Positions 12,211-22,111 of a stretch of 64,000 nucleotides of DNA are shown piece by piece (position 1 is the first letter of the stretch; each line of letters starts with the position of its first letter). Location: NCBI GenBank assembly GCA_012843025.1, contig DURT01000050.1:2128-66127 (forward strand), written 5' to 3'. Below the pieces are notes generated by a model. The model saw nothing but the letters and a program-made list of their open reading frames with translations, searched no databases and was not told where the DNA came from. The DNA is from Tissierellia bacterium (GTDB taxonomy: Bacteria; Bacillota; Clostridia; Tissierellales; Sedimentibacteraceae). Position numbers and translations under genes: made by a program.

Positions 12211-14097
12211 ATGGAAGACAAAGTAAGAGAATTTTTGGATGAAAGTGTTGATGTGGTTGTTATAGGTGCAGGCCATGCAGGTTGTGAAGCAGCTTTAGCC
12301 ACAGCTAAGCTGGGCTTAAAAACAATAATGATGACATTAAGTCTTGATGCAATAGCAATGATGCCCTGTAATCCCAATATAGGAGGTACTGCTAAAGGCC
12401 ACCTGGTAAGGGAAATAGACGCCTTAGGGGGAGAAATGGGTTTAATTATTGACAAAACTATGATACAATGTAAGATGTTAAACCGTTCAAAGGGCCCTGC
12501 AGTACATTCTTTAAGAGCCCAGGCAGATAAGAAAAGATATCATGCCGAAATGAAAAAAGTAGTGGAAAATCAGAAGAATTTAAGATTGCTGCAAGTAGAA
12601 GCAACTAGGATAGAAGTAAAGGATGACGGAAGTTTTAACGTACACACAAAGTTAGGTGCCTACTATACTGCAAGGGCTGTTATTGTGACAACAGGAACCT
12701 ATTTAAAGGGAAGAATTTATATGGGAGAATTAAATTTTTCTTCTGGTCCCGACGGTTTGGCCCCTGCCAATGAATTGTCAGAATCTCTTATGGATTTGGG
12801 AATAGAACTTAGAAAGTTTAAAACAGGAACTCCTGCAAGAATTCATGCAGATTCATTGAATTATGAAAAAATGGAAGCACAGTACGGTGATGAGGAAATA
12901 ATCCCCTTTTCTTTCATGAATGATGAAATCAATATAGACCAGGTGCCTTGTTATATTACTTATACCACTCATGAAACCCATGAACTTATAAGACAAAATT
13001 TACACAGGGCACCTATGTATACCGGTGTTATTAAAAGTGTAGGCCCCAGGTATTGTCCTTCCTTAGAAGATAAGGTAGTCAAGTTTGCTGATAAGGATAG
13101 ACATCAGCTGTTTGTGGAACCGGAAGGCAGGGACACTAAAGAAATGTATATTCAGGGTATGTCAACTTCTCTGCCTTATGAAGTCCAAATAAAAATGTAC
13201 AGATCCATGATTGGTCTTGAAAATGCTGAAATTATGAGGCCTGCCTATGCTATAGAATATGACTGTATAGATCCTACCCAGCTGAAGAGAAGCCTTGAAT
13301 TGATCAGTATTAAGAATTTATTCTTTGCAGGCCAAATAAACGGCAGCTCAGGTTATGAAGAAGCGGCAGCTCAGGGTTTAATGGCGGGAATTAATGCATA
13401 CTTAAGTTTAAATAATAAGGAACCCTTTATTTTAGACCGTTCGGAAGCATATATAGGAGTTTTGATAGATGACCTTGTAACTAAGGGTACGGATGAACCT
13501 TATAGAATGATGACATCTAGGGCAGAATACAGATTAATATTAAGACAGGACAATGCAGATTATAGACTTACGGAAAAGGGATATAAAATAGGTCTAGTAA
13601 CGGAAGAAAGATACAGAAGATTTAAAGAAAAGAAACTAATAATAGAAAATGAATTAAACAGATTAAAAAATCTTCTTATAACTCCAAAGGCAGAGGTAAA
13701 TAAAATTTTAGAGGAAATGGGAAGTGTACCTCTTAAATTTCCTACAAGTCTTTATGATTTATTGAAAAGGCCAGAACTGAATTATGAAAATACAGCTGCT
13801 TTAGATACTGAAAGGCCAGCGCTAAAAAAAGCAATCAGAGACTATGTGGAAACAGAAATAAAGTATGAAGGTTACATTAACAAGCAATTAAAACAAGTGG
13901 AACAGTTCAAAAAATTAGAAAATAAAATAATTCCTCATGATATAAATTATGACGATGTGGGAAGCTTAAGAATAGAAGCAAGACAGAAATTAAGCAAAAT
14001 AAGGCCGGAGTCCATAGGTCAGGCTTCCAGGATTTCTGGAGTTTCTCCTGCAGATATTAATGTACTTTTAATATACTTAATGTCAAAAAATAATTAA
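12211..14097 (+). CDS. mnmG: tRNA uridine 5-carboxymethylaminomethyl modification enzyme MnmG
   Basis: 628 aa with FAD motif [14 protein letters not shown]. Follows mnmE. Confidence 0.96.
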   Translation: MEDKVREFLDESVDVVVIGAGHAGCEAALATAKLGLKTIMMTLSLDAIAMMPCNPNIGGTAKGHLVREIDALGGEMGLIIDKTMIQCKMLNRSKGPAVHSLRAQADKKRYHAEMKKVVENQKNLRLLQVEATRIEVKDDGSFNVHTKLGAYYTARAVIVTTGTYLKGRIYMGELNFSSGPDGLAPANELSESLMDLGIELRKFKTGTPARIHADSLNYEKMEAQYGDEEIIPFSFMNDEINIDQVPCYITYTTHETHELIRQNLHRAPMYTGVIKSVGPRYCPSLEDKVVKFADKDRHQLFVEPEGRDTKEMYIQGMSTSLPYEVQIKMYRSMIGLENAEIMRPAYAIEYDCIDPTQLKRSLELISIKNLFFAGQINGSSGYEEAAAQGLMAGINAYLSLNNKEPFILDRSEAYIGVLIDDLVTKGTDEPYRMMTSRAEYRLILRQDNADYRLTEKGYKIGLVTEERYRRFKEKKLIIENELNRLKNLLITPKAEVNKILEEMGSVPLKFPTSLYDLLKRPELNYENTAALDTERPALKKAIRDYVETEIKYEGYINKQLKQVEQFKKLENKIIPHDINYDDVGSLRIEARQKLSKIRPESIGQASRISGVSPADINVLLIYLMSKNN

Positions 14098-14108
14098 AGG
14101 AGTTTACT

Positions 14109-14819
14109 TTGATAGAGATAATGGAAAAAGGGTTTAAAGAGCTTAATATACCCTATAGTGAAGAAATTGAAAAAAAGCTTCTTTTATACAAGGACCTTTT
14201 AAAGGAATGGAACAAAAAAATTAATATAACATCCATAGAAGATGACGAAGAAATATATTTGAAACACTTTATAGACAGTTTACTTTTATTGAAAGACCGT
14301 AATTTTAACGAGAGTAAGAAAATAATAGACATAGGTACTGGTGGAGGATTTCCTGGACTTCCTCTGAAAATTGTTAATAATAATTATGAAGTAACCCTGT
14401 TGGATAGTTTAAGAAAAAGAATAGATTTCTTGGAGGAAGTTGTCAAATCTTTGAATTTAGAAAATGTGGAACTTCTTCACGGCAGGGCGGAAGATTACGG
14501 TCAACAGAATGAATATAGGGAAAAATTCGATATTTGTGTGTCCAGGGCGGTAGCCCCTTTGAATATATTAAGTGAATATTGTATTCCCTTTGTTAAGGTG
14601 GAAGGATTTTTTGCTGCATACAAGAGTTCAGATATTTCCCGGGAAATAGCAATATCCGACAATGCAATCAAAAAATTAGGTGCCAAAATAAAGGAAATAA
14701 AAGAAATAAACCTTCCCGGAAGTGATATCTTGAGAAAGATTGTCATTATAGAAAAAACAGAACCTACACCGGTTAAATATCCTAGGAAGGCAGGAAAACC
14801 AAGTAAAGATCCATTATAG
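14109..14819 (+). CDS. rsmG: 16S rRNA (guanine527-N7)-methyltransferase RsmG
   Basis: 236 aa with SAM motif DIGTGGGFPGLPL. TTG start at 14109, 6 nt after GGAG. The alternative ATG at 14121 lacks an RBS. Confidence 0.92.
   Translation: MIEIMEKGFKELNIPYSEEIEKKLLLYKDLLKEWNKKINITSIEDDEEIYLKHFIDSLLLLKDRNFNESKKIIDIGTGGGFPGLPLKIVNNNYEVTLLDSLRKRIDFLEEVVKSLNLENVELLHGRAEDYGQQNEYREKFDICVSRAVAPLNILSEYCIPFVKVEGFFAAYKSSDISREIAISDNAIKKLGAKIKEIKEINLPGSDILRKIVIIEKTEPTPVKYPRKAGKPSKDPL
14633..14648. promoter_or_regulatory. Noc-binding site (NBS), perfect 16-bp palindrome TATTTCCCGGGAAATA
   Basis: Exact match to the Bacillus NBS palindrome (core ATTTCCCGGGAAAT). It lies inside rsmG, 182 bp upstream of the noc start. 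Confidence 0.7.
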
Positions 14820-14829
14820 GGGGGAGAAT

Positions 14830-15618
14830 ATGATAAGCAATATTGTCCACATAGACGTTAATAAAATAATTCCTAATAAAAATCAGCCGAGAAAAATTTT
14901 CGATGAAAATGCTTTAGAGGAATTAAGTGAGTCTATTAAAAATTATGGCGTTATACAACCTATTACAGTAAGAAAAATATATGATGACATTTATGAAATA
15001 GTTGCAGGAGAAAGACGTTATAAAGCTGTAAGAATGTTAAATATGGAAACAATTCCTGCTGTTATTATTGATGTAAAAGAAGAAGATTCTGCAGCAATGT
15101 CATTAATTGAAAATTTACAGCGAGAAGATTTGGATTTTATTGAAGAAGCAATGGCTTTTGAGAGACTAATTGAAGATTTTGGTTTAAGTCAAACTCAATT
15201 AGCTCAAAAATTAGGCAAATCTCAATCCACTATAGCGAATAAAATGAGAATACTTAAACTTCCCCAGTCTGTTAAAGAGAAATTAAGGGAAGGAAATTTG
15301 ACGGAGCGTCATGGAAGGGCATTATTAAAAATAGAAGATGAAGAGATTCTTTTGGATGTTGTTGATAAGATTATAAAGAAAGACTTAAATGTAAGTGCAA
15401 CGGAAAAGTTAGTCAATTCAATAGTGGAAGATATTAATTATAAGAGAAAAAAGGACAAGCGCTACGTTAGAAACTTTATAAACTATAAAATTTACATCAA
15501 TACTATAAAAAATGCCTACAAAGAAATAGTGAAAACTGGTATTGAAGCTAAATTTGAGCAGGAAGAATCAGAAGATTATATTGAGTTAAAAGTAAAAATT
15601 CCAAAAAAAAGTATATAG
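14830..15618 (+). CDS. noc: Nucleoid occlusion protein Noc (ParB paralog)
   Basis: 262 aa. ParB box AGERRYKA, HTH KSQSTIANKMRILKLP, and ERHGRALL. The C-terminal EDYIELKVKIPKK resembles B. subtilis Noc. Position rsmG-noc-soj-spo0J. Confidence 0.85.
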   Translation: MISNIVHIDVNKIIPNKNQPRKIFDENALEELSESIKNYGVIQPITVRKIYDDIYEIVAGERRYKAVRMLNMETIPAVIIDVKEEDSAAMSLIENLQREDLDFIEEAMAFERLIEDFGLSQTQLAQKLGKSQSTIANKMRILKLPQSVKEKLREGNLTERHGRALLKIEDEEILLDVVDKIIKKDLNVSATEKLVNSIVEDINYKRKKDKRYVRNFINYKIYINTIKNAYKEIVKTGIEAKFEQEESEDYIELKVKIPKKSI

Positions 15619-15628
15619 AGGTATAGGG

Positions 15629-16399
15629 ATGGCTAAGATTATAAGTATTTTCAATCAAAAAGGAGGAGTAGGCAAGACTACCACCAATGTGAATTTGTGT
15701 GCAGCTTTAGCCTTAAAAGGTAAAAAGGTACTTACTATTGATATTGACCCCCAGGGTAACTCTACCAGCGGGTTTGGAGTTGATAAGAATAGTTTAGAGC
15801 ACACAATTTACGATGTACTGATTGAAAATTACGATATTAATAAAGTTATACTCAAAACCGAAATAAAAAATTTGTATCTTATACCTGCAAATATCCAGTT
15901 AGCAGGAGCGGAAATTGAATTAACAACTACGGAATACAGGGAAAGAACTTTAAAGGAAAAAATTAATTTATTAGAAAATAATTATGATTTCATACTGATA
16001 GATTGTCCCCCATCCCTTGGATTATTGTCTCTTAATGCACTTACTGCATCTAATTCCGTATTGATTCCCATCCAGTGTGAATATTATTCCTTAGAAGGTG
16101 TAGGCCAACTTATAGATACAGTTAAGTTAGTGAAGAAAAACTTAAATCCTGGATTGGAAATTGAAGGTGTATTGTTAAATATGTTTGACGGGAGGACTAA
16201 CCTTTCCATACAAGTTGTGGAAGAAGTTAAGAAGTATTTTAAGGATAAAGTATACAGGACAGTAATACCCAGAAGCGTAAGACTTGCAGAAGCACCAAGC
16301 TTTGGTCAACCCATAATGTTGTATGATGGAAAGTCCAAGGGAAGTATTGCATATACAAAGTTATCAACAGAAGTGATTAAATATAATAAAGGAGGATAA
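15629..16399 (+). CDS. soj: Chromosome partitioning ATPase ParA/Soj
   Basis: 256 aa with deviant Walker A NQKGGVGKTTT. Confidence 0.95.
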   Translation: MAKIISIFNQKGGVGKTTTNVNLCAALALKGKKVLTIDIDPQGNSTSGFGVDKNSLEHTIYDVLIENYDINKVILKTEIKNLYLIPANIQLAGAEIELTTTEYRERTLKEKINLLENNYDFILIDCPPSLGLLSLNALTASNSVLIPIQCEYYSLEGVGQLIDTVKLVKKNLNPGLEIEGVLLNMFDGRTNLSIQVVEEVKKYFKDKVYRTVIPRSVRLAEAPSFGQPIMLYDGKSKGSIAYTKLSTEVIKYNKGG

Positions 16400-16400
16400 T

Positions 16401-17246
16401 ATGGCTGCAAAAAGAAAAGCTTTGGGTAGAGGTCTATCTGCATTAATACCAGAAACTTTGGAAAAAGAGGATTATGAAAGAATTCAAGAAATAGATATTG
16501 ACTTGATCAGGCCAAATCCTAACCAACCTCGTAAAATTTTCGAACAGGACAAATTAAATGAACTTACAGAGTCTATAAAAAAATATGGAGTTATACAGCC
16601 TATTATTGTTAAAAAAGAAGATGAATTATACACCATTATTGCTGGGGAAAGAAGATGGAGGGCGTGTAAAAACGCTAATATTAAAACTATACCCTGCATA
16701 GTAAGGGATATTGAAAACAGAAATGCTTCCGAAATTGCATTGATAGAAAATATACAAAGAGAAGATTTAAATCCCATAGACGAAGCAACAGCTTATGAAT
16801 TCATAATGGACAGATACGGTATAACCCAGGAAGAAGTTTCGAATATTGTTGGCAAATCCAGGGTATACGTTACAAATATTATGAGATTAAATAATTTGGA
16901 CGATTATGTAAAGGACAAAATTAAAAACAATTTAATAACTGCTGGTCATGGAAGGGCATTATTAAGCTTGGACAAGGAAAAACAAAGGTCAATGGCAGAT
17001 ATAATAATACGAGATAATTTAAGTGTAAGAGATGTGGAAAAACTTGTTCGGGAGCAAAAAAAACCAAGAAGAAAAATAAAACGTGAAAAAGATAAGTATA
17101 TTCTTTATTTAGAAGAAGTACTTACAGAGAGATTTTCTTCGAAGGTAAATATTAAAAGTAACAAGAACAGAGGAAAAATTGAAATAGAATACCATAGCAG
17201 CGAAGATTTAAACAGAATATTGGATTTATTAAATATAGAAGATTAA
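16401..17246 (+). CDS. spo0J: Chromosome partitioning protein ParB/Spo0J
   Basis: 281 aa. ParB box AGERRWRA, LIENIQREDLNPIDEA, HTH region. Confidence 0.95.
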   Translation: MAAKRKALGRGLSALIPETLEKEDYERIQEIDIDLIRPNPNQPRKIFEQDKLNELTESIKKYGVIQPIIVKKEDELYTIIAGERRWRACKNANIKTIPCIVRDIENRNASEIALIENIQREDLNPIDEATAYEFIMDRYGITQEEVSNIVGKSRVYVTNIMRLNNLDDYVKDKIKNNLITAGHGRALLSLDKEKQRSMADIIIRDNLSVRDVEKLVREQKKPRRKIKREKDKYILYLEEVLTERFSSKVNIKSNKNRGKIEIEYHSSEDLNRILDLLNIED

Positions 17247-17272
17247 TCATTGTTTTTACAATGATTTTTTTG
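17246..17272 (+). terminator. Rho-independent terminator after spo0J
   Basis: ATCATTGT-TTTT-ACAATGAT followed by T7. Confidence 0.75.
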
Positions 17273-17514
17273 TTGAAAGATAGTTGACACTGGTGTAAAA
17301 TGGAAGGGAATAATATATTTTTCATGGAATATATTGTAAGTGTGAGAGTAACAATAGTAATAAAATTTCAGATAAATTTAGAAATACATTAATATAAGTA
17401 AGTATTTCATATCTTCGGTAAACGTTTTATTATATATCCATAGTTTAATTGACAATTTAATAATATAAATATATAATTAACATAAATTAAAATATTCTTG
17501 GGGAGGTTGTTATT

Positions 17515-18009
17515 TTGGCAAAGGGACTTGATGTAAGAGCTAACGAAAAGAATTTTATTGAACTTAAAGAGTACATTGATTCAATCAGACATTCCCAAGG
17601 CTTGTTAATGCAAACGTTGCATAAAGCCCAAGAAATTTTTGGATATCTTCCTATTGAAGTTCAAAAGTTCATATCAACCGAGTTAGATATCCCATTGTCT
17701 GAAGTGTACGGGGTTACCACATTTTATACTCAATTTTCCACAGAACCTAAAGGTAAGCACAAAATAGGAGTTTGTTTAGGAACTGCCTGTTATGTAAAAG
17801 GTGCCCAGCAAATATTGGACAAATTGTCTAAGGAGTTAAAAGTTGAAGTTGGACAAACAACGAAAGACAATTTATTTACTCTTGAAGCTACCAGGTGTTT
17901 AGGTTGCTGCGGACTTGCTCCAGTAATGATGATAGATCAGGATGTATATGGAAAGTTGGATCCGAAAAACATACCTGAAATATTGGCTAAGTACAATGAT
18001 AGGGGGTAA
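17515..18009 (+). CDS. hydC: NuoE-like [2Fe-2S] subunit of an NADH-linked [FeFe]-hydrogenase
   Basis: 164 aa. Cys pattern CLGTACYVKG ... CLGCCGLAPV is typical of NuoE/HydC. TTG start 8 nt after GGGAGG. Confidence 0.85.
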   Translation: MAKGLDVRANEKNFIELKEYIDSIRHSQGLLMQTLHKAQEIFGYLPIEVQKFISTELDIPLSEVYGVTTFYTQFSTEPKGKHKIGVCLGTACYVKGAQQILDKLSKELKVEVGQTTKDNLFTLEATRCLGCCGLAPVMMIDQDVYGKLDPKNIPEILAKYNDRG

Positions 18010-18011
18010 TT

Positions 18012-18377
18012 ATGAAATCTTTGGAGGAATTAAGAAAATTAAGAGAAGAATCTTTAAGAAATGTTGAATTAAGAAATCCGGACAAAGATATAAGAGTTGT
18101 GGTGGGAATGGCAACATGTGGTATATCTGCTGGTGCGAGACCAGTTTTATCAACATTTGTTGAAGAAGTGGCTAAAAGAAATTTAAACAATGTCTCTGTA
18201 GTTCAGACTGGATGTATTGGAATGTGTACTTTAGAACCTATAGTGGAAATATATACTCCCGATAAGGAAAAGGTTACCTACATTCATGTTAATCCAGAAA
18301 AAGCTAAAAGAATTGTGTCGGAACATATAGTGAACAACAGAATTGTAAGAGAATATACTTTGGGCTCGGAAGAATAA
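18012..18377 (+). CDS. Thioredoxin-like [2Fe-2S] ferredoxin domain protein (extra hydrogenase subunit)
   Basis: 121 aa with Cys motifs MATCGISAG and TGCIGMC. Lies between the NuoE-like and NuoF-like genes. Confidence 0.75.
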   Translation: MKSLEELRKLREESLRNVELRNPDKDIRVVVGMATCGISAGARPVLSTFVEEVAKRNLNNVSVVQTGCIGMCTLEPIVEIYTPDKEKVTYIHVNPEKAKRIVSEHIVNNRIVREYTLGSEE

Positions 18378-18396
18378 CATATAAGGGAGGATTGTT

Positions 18397-20187
18397 ATGA
18401 AGATTTACAGATCTCATGTGCTGGTATGCCGCGGAACCGGTTGTAGTTCTTCCAAATCTGAGTTAATTGCAGAAAGATTCAGGGAAAAAATTAAGGAAGT
18501 AAACTTAGATAATGAAGTTCAAGTAGTAATTACCGGGTGCTTTGGTCTATGTGAGGAAGGACCTGTAGTAATTATATATCCTGAAGGATCTTTTTATGCA
18601 AGAATGACTGTGGATAGAGTGGACGAAATCGTTGAAGAGCATTTATTAAAGGGAAGAATAGTAAGAAAGTACTTATATGATGAAAGTGCAAAAGATGAGA
18701 AACTTAAAGCTTTAAGTGAAGTAGATTTTTATAGTAAACAAAAACGAGTGGCACTTCGAAACTGTGGCTTGATTAACCCAGAAAATATTAATGAATATAT
18801 AGCAAGGGACGGATATTTTGCCTTAGGAAAGGTATTGACGGAAATGACGCCGGAGGAAGTAATAAATGTTGTTAAAGAATCCGGTTTAAGAGGCAGGGGT
18901 GGAGCTGGTTTCTCCACAGGTGTAAAATGGAGTTTTGCAGCTCCTAACAAATCAGATGTAAAATATGTAATTTGTAATGCTGACGAAGGGGACCCAGGTG
19001 CATTTATGGACAGAAGCGTACTTGAAGGTGACCCTCATTCTGTTTTAGAGGCTATGACAATTGCTGGCTATGCCATAGGTGCTAATCAGGGTTATATATA
19101 TGTAAGAGCCGAATACCCAATAGCAGTCCGCCGATTAAGAATAGCACTTGACCAGGCAAGAGAATTAGGACTTTTAGGTAAAAATATTTTTGGATCAGGT
19201 TTTGACTTTGATATAGAAATACGATTAGGAGCAGGAGCTTTTGTCTGTGGTGAAGAAACTGCATTGATGCAGTCTATTGAAGGTAAGAGAGGAATGTCTA
19301 GGAATAAGCCTCCCTTCCCGGCTAATAAAGGATTATGGGGCAAACCCACTATTATTAACAATGTTGAAACCCTGGCAAATGTACCTCAAATAATATTAAA
19401 TGGGCCAGAATGGTTTAGGGGCTTTGGTACGGAAAAATCCCCTGGAACAAAGATATTTGCTTTGGGAGGAAAAATTAACAACACGGGTCTTGTAGAAGTA
19501 CCCATGGGTATAACATTGAGAGAAGTAATCTACGACATAGGAGGAGGTTGCCCTGGCGGTAAGGAGTTCAAGGCTGTACAAACTGGAGGTCCATCGGGAG
19601 GATGTCTGACTAAGGATCATTTAGATACTCCAATAGATTATGAAAGCCTTACTGCAGCAGGTTCCATGATGGGTTCCGGCGGTATGATCGTAATGGACGA
19701 AGATAATTGTATGGTGGATATTGCAAGATTCTTCTTAGATTTTACCGTTGATGAGTCCTGTGGTAAATGTACTCCCTGCAGAGAAGGAACGAAACGTATG
19801 CTGGAAATTTTGGACAAAATTGCAGAAGGTAAAGGTGAAATGGAAGATTTGGACAGGTTAGAAAGACTCGCCATAAACATTAAAGAAACATCCCTGTGTG
19901 GTTTAGGTCAAACAGCTCCAAATCCAGTACTATCAACTTTAAAATATTTCAGAGATGAATATGAAGCTCATGTAAAAGAGAAAAGATGTCCAGCAGGAGT
20001 TTGTCAATCCTTGCTGAAATATATTATTACGATGGATTGTAAAGGATGTACTAAGTGTGCCCGAATTTGTCCTGCAGGAGCTATTGAAGGGAAAGTAAGA
20101 GAAATTCATATTATAAATCAAGAAAAGTGTATTAAATGCGGTGCTTGTATGGAAGCTTGTACTTTCCATGCCATCATTAAAAAGTAG
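18397..20187 (+). CDS. hydB: NuoF-like NADH/FMN-binding subunit of [FeFe]-hydrogenase
   Basis: 596 aa. GRGGAGFSTGVKW (FMN/NADH site), ESCGKCTPCREG (N3 cluster), and C-terminal 2x[4Fe-4S] motifs CKGCTKCARICP and CIKCGACMEAC. Confidence 0.92.
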   Translation: MKIYRSHVLVCRGTGCSSSKSELIAERFREKIKEVNLDNEVQVVITGCFGLCEEGPVVIIYPEGSFYARMTVDRVDEIVEEHLLKGRIVRKYLYDESAKDEKLKALSEVDFYSKQKRVALRNCGLINPENINEYIARDGYFALGKVLTEMTPEEVINVVKESGLRGRGGAGFSTGVKWSFAAPNKSDVKYVICNADEGDPGAFMDRSVLEGDPHSVLEAMTIAGYAIGANQGYIYVRAEYPIAVRRLRIALDQARELGLLGKNIFGSGFDFDIEIRLGAGAFVCGEETALMQSIEGKRGMSRNKPPFPANKGLWGKPTIINNVETLANVPQIILNGPEWFRGFGTEKSPGTKIFALGGKINNTGLVEVPMGITLREVIYDIGGGCPGGKEFKAVQTGGPSGGCLTKDHLDTPIDYESLTAAGSMMGSGGMIVMDEDNCMVDIARFFLDFTVDESCGKCTPCREGTKRMLEILDKIAEGKGEMEDLDRLERLAINIKETSLCGLGQTAPNPVLSTLKYFRDEYEAHVKEKRCPAGVCQSLLKYIITMDCKGCTKCARICPAGAIEGKVREIHIINQEKCIKCGACMEACTFHAIIKK

Positions 20188-20193
20188 GAAAGG

Positions 20194-22017
20194 ATGGTGC
20201 TAAATTTGGATAAGGTAAATTTAACTATAAACGGAGTAAATGTAACTGTACCAAGTGATTACACGGTGTTGATGGCAGCAAGGGAAGCAGGAATAGATAT
20301 ACCTACACTATGCTTTTTAAAGGATATAAATGAAGTTGCAGCTTGTAGAGTATGTGTGGCGGAAGTGGATATAAAAGGTGTACCTATGAGAAATCTTCCA
20401 GCAACTTGTGTACTCCAGGTTCAGGAAGGTATGAATGTAAGAACCAATACCAAAAGAGTAAGAAATGCAGTAAGAATGAATGTGGAACTTATTCTTGCAA
20501 ACCACAACAGAGAATGTCTGACATGCGCAAGGAACGGTACCTGTGAGTTGCAAAAACTTTGTAATGAGTTGAATATCGATGCTATTGAATTTGAGGGAGC
20601 AAAGAGAGAAGCTAAAATCGATGAATTATCCTATTCAATAGTCAGAGACACCAGCAAGTGTATATTGTGTGGAAGATGTGTAAGTACTTGCAGAGATGTG
20701 CAAGGAATAGGAATATTAGATTTTACAAAGAGAGGTTTTAATACGGAAGTTGCTCCAGCCTTTGATTACAGTATGAAAGATGTACCTTGCGTATATTGCG
20801 GACAATGTATTCAGGCATGTCCTGTGGCTGCCCTACGTGAAAGGTCCTATATTGATGAAGTATGGGATGCTATAGATGATTCGGAAAAATTTGTTGTAGT
20901 ACAAACAGCTCCCGGAGTAAGGGCCTCCTTAGGAGAAGAATTTGGCTTGCCTGTAGGTACCGATGTGACTGGAAGAATGGTTACAGCTTTAAAGAGACTT
21001 GGATTTGATAAGGTTTTCGATACTAATTTCTCCGCAGACCTGACAATTTTAGAAGAAGGAACAGAACTATTAGGCAGAGTTAAAAACGGCGGAAAATTAC
21101 CAATGATTACTTCCTGTTCTCCTGGATGGATTCGTTTCTGTGAAATATATTATCCAGAGTTTTTGGAAAATCTGTCTACTTGTAAGTCTCCACAGCAAAT
21201 GTTTGGAGCTATTGTTAAATCTTACTATGCAGAAAAAGCAGGTATTGACCCTAAAAAGATTTTCTGTGTTTCCATAATGCCATGTACATCAAAGAAAACT
21301 GAAGCTAACAGGCCTGAAATGGAAGTGGACGGAATACGGGACGTGGATGTTTCGTTAACTACCAGAGAATTAGGAGATATGATAAAACAAGCAAGAATTG
21401 ACTTCGTCAACTTACCAGATGGAGAACCAGACAGCATACTAGGTCAGTATACAGGTGCTGGTGTTATATTTGGTGCAACAGGAGGAGTTATGGAGGCAGC
21501 CCTTCGTACAGTAGCGGATATTTTAACAGGTAAGGACTTAGAGGATATTGAATATGAAAGTGTACGTGGTATTGAAGGAGTTAAGGAAGCTTCTGTAGTA
21601 CTTCCTATAGATGGTAAGGATACGGAAATTAAGGTTGCTGTTGCCCATGGAACAGCCAATGCGGCTAAAGTATTGGATGCAGTGAAAAGGGGAGAAAAAG
21701 ACTATCATTTCATAGAAGTTATGGCTTGTCCTGGAGGTTGTGTACATGGTGGTGGTCAGTCTCACGTTTCCGCTAAAGTGAGATTAGAAGTAAATCCAAA
21801 AACAAAACGGGCTGATGCTCTATATGAACTTGATAGATCCCTGCCTCTGAGAAAGTCACATAAGAATCCTGAAGTTATACAACTTTATGAGGAATATTTA
21901 AAAGAACCAAACAGTCATATTTCACACAAATTACTCCATACCCACTACTATAAACAAAAAGTATACAAGGTGGAAGACCAGGAAGAATACGAAAAACTAT
22001 TAGAAAGAATAAAATAA
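20194..22017 (+). CDS. hydA: [FeFe]-hydrogenase catalytic subunit
   Basis: 607 aa. N-terminal 2Fe-2S and 4Fe-4S ferredoxin domains. H-cluster motifs L2 MPCTSKKTEA and L3 EVMACPGGCVHGGGQ. L1 reads TSCSPGW; see findings. Confidence 0.92.
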   Translation: MVLNLDKVNLTINGVNVTVPSDYTVLMAAREAGIDIPTLCFLKDINEVAACRVCVAEVDIKGVPMRNLPATCVLQVQEGMNVRTNTKRVRNAVRMNVELILANHNRECLTCARNGTCELQKLCNELNIDAIEFEGAKREAKIDELSYSIVRDTSKCILCGRCVSTCRDVQGIGILDFTKRGFNTEVAPAFDYSMKDVPCVYCGQCIQACPVAALRERSYIDEVWDAIDDSEKFVVVQTAPGVRASLGEEFGLPVGTDVTGRMVTALKRLGFDKVFDTNFSADLTILEEGTELLGRVKNGGKLPMITSCSPGWIRFCEIYYPEFLENLSTCKSPQQMFGAIVKSYYAEKAGIDPKKIFCVSIMPCTSKKTEANRPEMEVDGIRDVDVSLTTRELGDMIKQARIDFVNLPDGEPDSILGQYTGAGVIFGATGGVMEAALRTVADILTGKDLEDIEYESVRGIEGVKEASVVLPIDGKDTEIKVAVAHGTANAAKVLDAVKRGEKDYHFIEVMACPGGCVHGGGQSHVSAKVRLEVNPKTKRADALYELDRSLPLRKSHKNPEVIQLYEEYLKEPNSHISHKLLHTHYYKQKVYKVEDQEEYEKLLERIK

Positions 22018-22025
22018 CATAATTA

Positions 22026-22055
22026 GAATTCTCCCTTTGGGAGGATTCTTTTTTA
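22026..22055 (+). terminator. Rho-independent terminator after hydA
   Basis: GAATTCTCCC-TTT-GGGAGGATTC followed by T6. Confidence 0.8.
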
Positions 22056-22111
22056 TAATTATTTTCTTTATATACTCCTTGTGATATAATTGCTTCAAGG
22101 TAGGTGAATAT

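Noticed and set aside
17066-17090. Possible parS inside spo0J (ATAAAACGTGAAAAAG), as in B. subtilis.
   Set aside because: Only the ACGTGAAA core matches. The left half-site is absent and there are too many mismatches.
17273-17514. The 240-nt AT-rich leader upstream of the hydrogenase operon as a riboswitch or sRNA.
   Set aside because: I recognised no conserved riboswitch core motifs or stable structured elements. It contains an ordinary TTGACA-17-TATAAT promoter at about 17449-17477.
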